Of a stretch of 64,000 nt of DNA, positions 55,619-64,000 are shown piece by piece. Under the pieces are notes generated by a model that had not been told where the DNA came from, did not search any database, and saw only the letters and a program-made list of their open reading frames with translations. Origin of the DNA: the human T2T-CHM13v2.0 reference genome, Homo sapiens. Position 1 is the stretch's first letter. Each line of letters starts with the position of its first letter. The stretch lies in assembly GCF_009914755.1 (NCBI RefSeq), contig NC_060947.1; one strand, given 5' to 3'. A program made the position numbers and the translations under genes.

Positions 55619-56239
55619 TTAGATATAACACAGGAAACCCAAGGATAAGTAATACAGATATGAATATGTCCCTTGAGTGTCATCAATAGTCAAGGCAGAT
55701 CATAGCCTCTCTAGTTTATCTCTCTCTGTAAGTTTGCCTTATTTGTCCCTCTGAAGTCAGGCACTATTGATGTTTTGTCTTCTGCATACATTGCCATCAC
55801 ACAGGTTCAAAATTTACTTAACTGAATAGTTGAGACAAGAACTCAGGAAGATAGACTCTTCCATCCCAATGCCAAATTCCCAGAGGAGAAAAGTTGACAT
55901 TTTTCCAGGATCAGTTGCCTTCCCTTTATCTGATTGCCTGTGAGTCATTTGGGAGGATGAACATAAATATTAAGGACTAGAGTCCAGTGATATTTGTCTT
56001 CTGAAATAGATAGTGAACAACATGAACAAATTTATAAGGAGTGGATTCTAGGCATGAATGTGGCAGATAACTTTACATGAGCCCTTTCTTTATATCTCAC
56101 AAACACCACTGCTTGAATAGCCTATACACAGAGTGGGGATAGTCTAGTCTATCTGTTATACAGATGTCAAATGTCTCGACATTAGTATTAGAAGATAAGA
56201 GTCATTTATCAGCTCTTGTTAGTACCTCTTTCATATTCC

Positions 56240-56648
56240 CTCAACATTCAATGTTCCAGTACTTAACAACCCAACTCTACTACAATTTCTACCTAAAGGC
56301 TTTTTTTTTCACCCAGTATGAGTTAACACCCTAAGAAAGTTAATGCTCTTAGGGAGCAGCCCTTAGCAATAACAAATGGTAAGGGGAGAGTAAATACTCC
56401 AGATTACTGCTGGGAAAGAAGGGGGATAAATTTGAGGCATATTTGATCCTGGATTACAAAGTTCCCCAGAAGAAGTGGGCCTCAGTTACCAACAGCACTA
56501 ACCTAACAACAACTTCTTTTTTTTTTTTTTTCTTTTCTCTCCTTCTTGGCTCGTTCTCCCAATGGCACTTCCTGCAATAACTACCAAAAACTATCTGCCT
56601 TCAAATTTCCATCTAAGTGTTTTCTTCTTTGGGAATGCAATGTAAGAC
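56240..56648 (+). mobile_element. Ancient ERVL LTR (LTR16/33-like)
   Basis: tacaaagttcccca...cacttcctgcaataactacc...tcaaatttccatctaagtg...tttgggaatgcaatgtaagac. Confidence 0.5.
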
Positions 56649-57610
56649 TTGCCAAATAGCCTGTTTTCAGGGCCGGCATAGTGGAAGGGAACAGGAAAGG
56701 CCACTACTTGACAAAGAAAAGAGAGATAAGCAAGAGCCATAAGAAAGCTTTATGCACTTAAGGCAATGACTTCATCATAATGGAATACATTAATGTAGCA
56801 AAATTACACTGTACTCCATGAATATATACAAATAAAAATAAATAAAGTGCACCCTGCTAAGTCGGGGCACAGAAAGTAAATATGGCTTAAACACTCGACA
56901 AAGATCTGATCTGTGCAGAACAGGATAAAATAATTGTTGGAGAAGGCGGGGGCAAAGTCCTCAGACAGACAATGGAGCAAGCTTAGTAAAAGACTAGCTG
57001 AGAAAGACCTTCCCTTAGAATTTTAGCAGACTGGAACACAATGAGAGCAGGGTCCCCTGCTGGCTACCTGGAGACACAGGATTCCCCACCTGTGGTTAAG
57101 TGACTTGTGCCCTATTAGAGAACCTTCTCAGCTGAGATCCAGGAGAGTGAATTAATCTATCATATAATCTTAGTTCATCTGTATAATTTCTAACCCACCT
57201 AAGTATGAGGATTCAGCCTTACTCACAAGTTAGATCACCGGCTAATATTTTGCTTTAGGTTAATGAGGCTCTTATTAGAGAATGAAGGAAACAGCTCCTT
57301 GTAGATATAATTTTGAAATAAGGCCCTCAGCTTAAAAGCTCTATAAACCATATTTTAACACTTCAAAATGGAGATTTACTCAGAAACCTTTTACATGATA
57401 AGCAAAAGTATAAAGATTCAACAATTTCATTTCAGGGATAATCTGTTAACACAGGAAGAAAAGGGTATAAATATCACCTAACTAATTCTATGATGTAGAG
57501 ACCAAGGCTCCTCAAGCGATAGCTGATGAGAAAATTCCAGTTCCAACATCCTTAACAAGTTGATTGAAAAGTTTTACGTAACATTTTATATGCTAAGCAT
57601 CTTTTGAAAC

Positions 57611-57890
57611 TGGTGACAGAAAGAGTCAAACTCTGTAAAATATTTGAAGAGATTTATTCTGAGCCAAATATGAGTGACCATGGCCTGTAATACAGCCCTC
57701 AGGAGGTCCTGAGAACATGTTCCCATGGTTTTGTATATTTTAGGGAGGCATGAGACATCAATGAAATACATTTAAGAAATACACTGGGCTGGGCATGGTG
57801 GCTCACGCCTGTAATCCCAGCACTTTGGGAGGCCAAGGTGGGCAGATCACGCCACTGCACTCCAGCCTGGCAACAGAGCAAGACTCCGAC

Positions 57891-57922
<32 letters not shown>

Positions 57923-58490
57923 TAAAATACATTCATTTGGTTCAGAAAGACGAGACAACTGAAAGCAGGGGCTTCCAGGTTACAGGTAAATTTAAACATT
58001 TTCTGGTTGACAATTGGTTGAGTTTATCTGAAGACCTGGGATTAATGGAAAGAAGTGTTCAGGTTAAGATAAAGGATTGTGGGGAGCAAGTTTTATTGTG
58101 CAGAGGAATCTCTCAAATAGCAAACTTCAGAGAGAGAGCAGGTTGTAAAATGTTTCTTATTGGACCTAAAACGGTGCTTGGCTCTTAGTTGATTATCTCC
58201 TGGATTAGAAAGGAAGGAAAACAAATGGGGAAGGGGATTCTTTATAGAATGTGGATTTTTCCCACAAGAGACTTTGCAGGGCAATTGCAAAGTATGGCAA
58301 GGAAATATATTTTGGGGTTAAATATTTTTTCTGTCTCATAATTTTATGCCACAGTCAGATTGAAAAGTAAGTCACAATACATAGGGTCAAATAAAACCTA
58401 TCTGATGAGAATTTGTGGTTTATAGGGCATGGCTCCCTAGACCTCTTAGGTAGGAATTTGGGCAAGATAAAAAAAGGAGCTTATTCCTCA
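57611..58490 (-). mobile_element. MER4-family (MER4D/E-like) solo LTR containing a deleted Alu
   Basis: gagtcaaactctgtaaaatatttgaagagatttattctgagccaaatatgag ... gaatttgggcaagataaaaaaa...cctca. TSD AAAC (57607-57610 / 58491-58494). Confidence 0.9.
57787..57925 (+). mobile_element. Alu with internal deletion (left-arm head fused to right-arm tail)
   Basis: ggtgggcagatcac directly followed by gccactgcactccagcc. (TAAA)n tail. Confidence 0.9.
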
Positions 58491-58542
58491 AAACAGAGCA
58501 AAAAGAATATTAGTCACTGATGATAACAGATATGCTTAAATC

Positions 58543-59318
58543 TGATGATGAAAGGAGTCAAGCTCTGTAAAATATTTGAAGAGATTTATTCTGAGCCAAA
58601 TATGAGTACCATGGCCTGTGACACAGCCCTCAGGAGGTCCTGAGAACATGTGCCCAAGGTGGTCAGGGTGCAGCTTGGTTTTATATATTTTAAGAATGCA
58701 TGAGACATCAATCAAATACATTTAAGAAATACATTGGTTTGGATCAGAAAGGCAGGACAACTCAAAGCAGGGGCTTCCAGGCTATAGGTAAATTTAAACA
58801 TTTTCTGGTTGACAATTGGTTGAGTTTGTCTAAAGACCTGGGATCATTAGAAAGGAAATGTTCAGGTTAAGATAAAAGACTGTGGACACCGAGGTTCTTT
58901 TGAAGTCTTATAGTGGCTGCCCTTGGAGACAATAGATGACAAATGTTTCCTATCGAAGTCTTTAAAAGGTGCCAGACATTTAGTTAATTTCTCCAGGATT
59001 GGGAAGGCCTGGAAGAAAAAGATCTAGCTATGTTAATACAGATTCTTTACAGATGCAGGTTTTCCCCCACAAAGGATGGCTTTGCAGGGCCATTTCAAGA
59101 TATGGCAGAGAAACATGTTTTTGAGTAAAACATTTTTATTTTCTTCCTTGTCTCGTAATGTTATTCCAGAGTCAGATTGGAAAGTAGGTAACAATATATA
59201 GGGTTAAGTAAAACCCATCTGATGAGAATTTATGGTTTATAGGGCATGACTCCCCAGACTCGTTAGACAGGAATTTGGGCAAGATAAGAAGAAAAAAAAA
59301 ATCAGTGCATAGTCCTTA
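58543..59318 (-). mobile_element. Second MER4-family (MER4E-like) solo LTR
   Basis: Same termini as 57611-58490 with a different middle. TSD AATC (58539-58542 / 59319-59322). Confidence 0.9.
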
Positions 59319-60023
59319 AATCTATGGAAATTCTACAGCCATTTCTACTTGGAAGTTGCAGGATTTCCTTTATTACTAAACTTAGAAAAATGCTGATGGA
59401 ATGTGTAGTTAAAATTAACCTGGAAACACAGGTAAAAATAGCAAACTATATTCTTTCTTTGGTATAGCCTTTACTGTTCTATGAACTTGGCGATGATGGA
59501 TTAACTACAAAAATAAAACATCAAAGGAACATAGACAAAATAAACACATCTTTATATACCAGAGACAAAATAGAAAGCTGGAGTGGTTAATGGAATTGAA
59601 GTAATATACTCCAAAGCAGGCAGTGGGAGATGCAGCTTCACTTCTTATAGGGTAAGAAAAGCTGGAGGTTTTCTGTGTGAAATGCAGAAATAAACTTGGC
59701 TTCACTGCTTAAATCCAGGAGCTATAATTCATTAAAGTAGGGTGAAAAATTGTAGACAACTTCTGCCTGAGGCTACAACTTATATGGAGATGCCATGCAA
59801 TGTAAGCCTGAGGATACTGACATAGCCTCAGGACAGGACTGCCTGAGGCTCACTAACCAGTTCTGTATATCCTTCGCATCCCTGCCAGAGAGGAGTCCTA
59901 TGACTTCCTTTTGAGAGCTACTTCTCAACTGAGGACCCTACAATATTCATGGAAATTAGCCTCATAATTGTTTTTTAGGAAGGAATGACATAAGAATGTA
60001 AAAGAAAAAACAATGCAAGTCAA

Positions 60024-60107
60024 ATATATATATATGTATATATACACATATATATACACACATACACACAATCTATACATTTATTTTATATATATTTTAT
60101 ATATATA
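60024..60107. repeat. (TA)n/(CA)n low-complexity tract
   Basis: Direct reading. Confidence 0.85.
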
Positions 60108-60699
60108 GAAAGGGATGCCTAGGTTATAATGATAGGAGTATAGAGAGCAAAGTTTTATCATGCCAATGAAGTCTCTAGGTAGCAGGCTTCAGAGAGAATA
60201 GATTGTAAATATATATATAAAATATATATATTATATATTATATATATATTATATATTATATAATATTTATATTATATATGTTATATTATATATAATATAT
60301 ATATAATATATATATAATATAAAATATAATATATATTTTATATATATTATATATAATATAGTACATATAAAATATACTATATAAAATATGTAGTATATAT
60401 AAAATATACTATATAAAATATATATACTATATATCATATACTATATAAAATATATATACTATATATTATATACTATATATATATATATATTTTAGCAGAC
60501 TTAAGGTCTATGTTGATGTTAATGCTGGTCAGCTTTTTCTGAATTCCAAAAGGGAGGAGGGTATAATGAAGCATGTCTGCCCCTCCCTTCCCATCATGGC
60601 CTGAACTAGTTTTTCAGGTTAACTTTGGAATGCCCTTGGCCAAGAGAAGGGGTTTATTAAGATGGTTGAGGGGTGTTATAATTTTATTTTTACTTTACA
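60107..60699 (-). mobile_element. MER4A/B-like 3' LTR (distal part lost)
   Basis: Reverse complement starts tgtaaagtaaaaataaaattataac...ccaagggcattccaaagttaacctgaaaaactagttcaggccatgatgggaag. Polypurine tract (ttctccccct, 60700-60709) abuts it. Confidence 0.85.
60206..60494. repeat. ~290-bp almost pure AT tract inside the LTR
   Basis: Sub-repeats such as atatactatataaaat. LTR sequence resumes on both sides. Confidence 0.95.
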
Positions 60700-63600
60700 T
60701 TCTCCCCCTTCTGGCTAAGATTTGCCAGAGATAACATCAAGAGGCATCAAATTTTTATTTTGTCCCATAGCATTGCCGGGGTAATATGGCTGCCTGCCCT
60801 AGATCCCATCCTGGAATGGGATTCTTTGTGGCTGAGGAACATACAGTCAAAGGACTTACAGCAAATTAAATGTTCTAGGCCAGATAGGAATGGATGTGAA
60901 CAGGCATTCATTACCCCTTAATTTTTTTTTTAAGTAAAAAGCCAAGAAATAAAAAACCAAAGGTGAGGTTACAAAAGTTACTTTTTTAACTTCTGTGCAT
61001 TGAGCTACTGTAATGTTGATTTTAGTTGTGGACTTATAGCAATTAGCTATACAAAACATAAGCACTGTTCTGAAAAAAAAATTTCTTTAAATATATATCT
61101 GTACAACTCATAACTGGAAATATTATATCCAGGAGGCTTTCTCATGAGGTATCTTTATCCTTTCAGTAATTATTTACTTTTTATTCTACAGGAAGCAGGA
61201 AATTCTTTATGGTTGGAGCAGATGAAAAGGTGCCACATAATAGCTCAGAAGGCAAAATCCTTTGTTTTACCAGCTGTTTAGGCATCTGTGTACTCATCCT
61301 TGATGTGAAGGGTCTGAACTAATTCTGTCCCTCAAAACTGGCCCTTACAATCTCATGCACCCACCTCTTTCATGATAGTCTATCGGCTTAGAGGGAAGGT
61401 GCTGGTATAGTCTTAATAGCAGGGCATTTATAGTGAAAAACAGATCAGGCCCAGTGGCATGCCAAATGAGAGAGATTTGCATCTCTAGTTTTCAGAATAT
61501 CATGATACTGGTTTCCTTGGAATTAAAACAAGGAGAGATAAGTAACATTAATATTTTGAAAATCGAAAGAGTATTTGTGTGTCAGAACAGAAAAAGGAAA
61601 CTATTCAATCAGGCCACCAACTAAAAATACAAAGAAAAATTATAATCTGGTACTCTTGAGAGGGTTACTATAGCCAAGAAATAATACATGATTCAGTCTG
61701 CACTCAAAAACAAAAATCAGGACTGAAATTTAGTAATAAGTGTTACACTTTTCTATTTAAACAATTTCTCTCTCTCTCTAGCCCTTCTTTTCTATTAAAG
61801 AGAAATAACAGTAAGACCAATTTGTGTGCAAAGTAAGTTTTAGGCTTATTATACTTGGCCTGAATATTTGCATAAAGTGCAGCAGGAATTGATTGGCCAT
61901 ATAGGTTCCTTTTAAGTTGGGTTTGCTGGAACTTTACCTAAAAATATGTTATTCTACTGAAAGCCTTAGAAAAGTAACCAGTGTCTCCAATTTTCATATT
62001 TAAAAAAAAAACTCTTATGAAACTTATGCAAATAACTATATTGTCATAAATATCAGAATACTCACGAACAGATTCAGAATTTTGGAGATAAATTTGCTCA
62101 CAGAAATATATTTTATTCAATTGCTCTAAACTATAAATAATTCAGATGAAAAAAATTTACTTGACTCTAGTGTGGCAGCTTCCAAACAGGATGTCATTTG
62201 TCAATCTTGGAACTGCTGTCCACAAGCCAAACAACTTTTGTTAGATGAGAGGTATCTATCAGGCACTGTAGAATCTAGCAGCTCCTCATATAGTAAGAAT
62301 CAGTCCTAGAGGAAAGAGGCTCCTTGCTTATGAGTATTCTCCTCCTTGCATTCCCCAGGTAGTAAGATCCTATATAAAAAGGATTTGGGTCCCCAGCAGG
62401 GGATTGGGCCAAGGGATTCAGGACCTTTTCTAAATCTTTATCTTAGTTGTCTCAACATTGCACCAGGCAATGTGAGCTTTCTCATAACCTTTGCCTTTTG
62501 ACTTTTCTTAAATTTTCCAATCTGGGGCAAACAGTGTCTTAAGACCTTTGCTTTAACCACCTCAGCTTTTATTTTATCATTTCTTAATAACCATTCAAAT
62601 ACTTTCATCACTCCCTTTTGCCTTTCCCATTTTTTAAAATTATCCTCAATGTTTTATTTAAGCATCTGCAAGACATATGAAGGACAGCAAATTTGATAAG
62701 GCTACTCAAACAGTTGTATGATTCTGTGGAAGTAATGTTACCCAGAGTGCCCATGTAAAAGGCACCCCTTTAACCCCCAAATTTCCAATGACCTGAGTAA
62801 TAGACATATTCAGCGGGAGAATATCCCAGACATGATAAAGCCAGTTCCACATGACTTGCATATGAAGCATATCAACTGCTTCATCTGGAGTACACCACTT
62901 GGTATTTTATAGGGAGAGATGGATAGTCCCCTTATCAGGGTAAACAGATGTTACAGTGGTGTTTATCTGATCCATTAGGCTGGTTGTTCCCTCAGGAATA
63001 ATCTCCTGTGCATTTGGATCACATATACTCATCAGCAATTGTTTAATAGTGAGCACAACTGAAACACACTCTTTCATTCTGTACCATTTAAAATTAAGGA
63101 TTTTAATAATTATATAACTAGGATTACTTAATTTAAACATAACTTTTAGATTTTAAATTGCTAGAGAGAATTGAGATTAAATTCATCTTAAAGTAATTTT
63201 TTTTCAATCCATTATAGTAAATTTTTCTCAGGAAGCCGATGATACCAATCTACAAACTAGAAAAACTCTTTTACATTATACCCTTTTGTTTTAAGAGTTA
63301 CTTGGTTTTGACCTTTCCCCACATTGACTATCTTCATGGTAACCACAGGTCTCAGAGGTACCTTTTGTGGATAGCTTGGAGGCTTGTAGCCTGAGCTGGG
63401 ACAGAGCCACATCAGGTCTTGGTCTGGTCTTAAGGACCAAGCAAGTACTTTTTTACTCTTATTTTAACTATTACAGATAATAAACCAAGAGATTGAATAT
63501 TTTGCTTTTTACTTATTAGTTTGCACATCTGTAGGCATCCATTGAATGTGGGAGTATGATCCATCTCGAAATTCCACTGGCAACTTACCTTTAGTAACTG

Positions 63601-64000
63601 AATGCAGCCCAACTGCAGCTCCATATCGTGGGTGACCATGTGGCCACCCCAGAGTCAAGGATTCTCATCCCTCCATCTTTATATATTTCTCTCTATCCAT
63701 TTAGTTTTATTTATATAATTTTTTCTTTATTTTAAGGCATTTTTAAATAGTCTATTAAATTTTAAAAATTACATTTTCTTTAGCAAAATCTACATCCTTG
63801 TGTTTTTATAAACTTTAGCAAAAATACATTTTATTCTCCTACTACTTTATGTCTTAGTAATCCAAATTCCCAATGGAAAAAAAACAAACTAGGATTTCTT
63901 AACTTAAACATAACATGACTTCCAGATTTTAAATTACTGGAGAGAGAATTGAGATTAAATTTACCAAATTAATCTTCCCAAATATTACTAGTCATGTGAA
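60700..64000 (-). mobile_element. ERV1 (MER4-group) non-autonomous internal region, runs off the window
   Basis: Follows PPT and LTR. MER4-group internal motifs (aggcttattatacttggcctgaatatttgcataaagtgcagc; aaaactcttatgaaacttatgcaaataactatattgtcata). No long ORF. Confidence 0.75.

Noticed and set aside
60700-64000. Possible env/syncytin-like gene upstream of the 3' LTR
   Set aside because: No minus-strand ORF over 77 aa and no env motifs seen.

Overview
AT-rich, CpG-depleted primate genomic DNA, very probably human or hominid (AluJ/S/Y including one Ya-lineage copy, L1PA/L1M, THE1/MST/MLT1, LTR8, MER4, Tigger4, MER5, MIR, L2). I found no protein-coding exon, RNA gene, CpG island or CRISPR array. 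Every longer ORF in the track is an Alu, L1 ORF2 or MaLR-internal translation, or chance. Well over half the window is transposon-derived. Highlights: a complete THE1 provirus with TSDs, several solo LTRs with TSDs, a twin-primed L1 nest, and an ERV1 cluster at the right end. I see no previously undescribed biological system. The most interesting signals are structural: a 101-bp hairpin, a probable Alu-Alu gene-conversion tract, a young AluYa copy, internally deleted L1/Alu copies, two MER4 LTRs 52 bp apart, and weak non-coding exon candidates. Subfamily names are from recalled consensus features, not a database search. Boundaries lacking TSDs are approximate.
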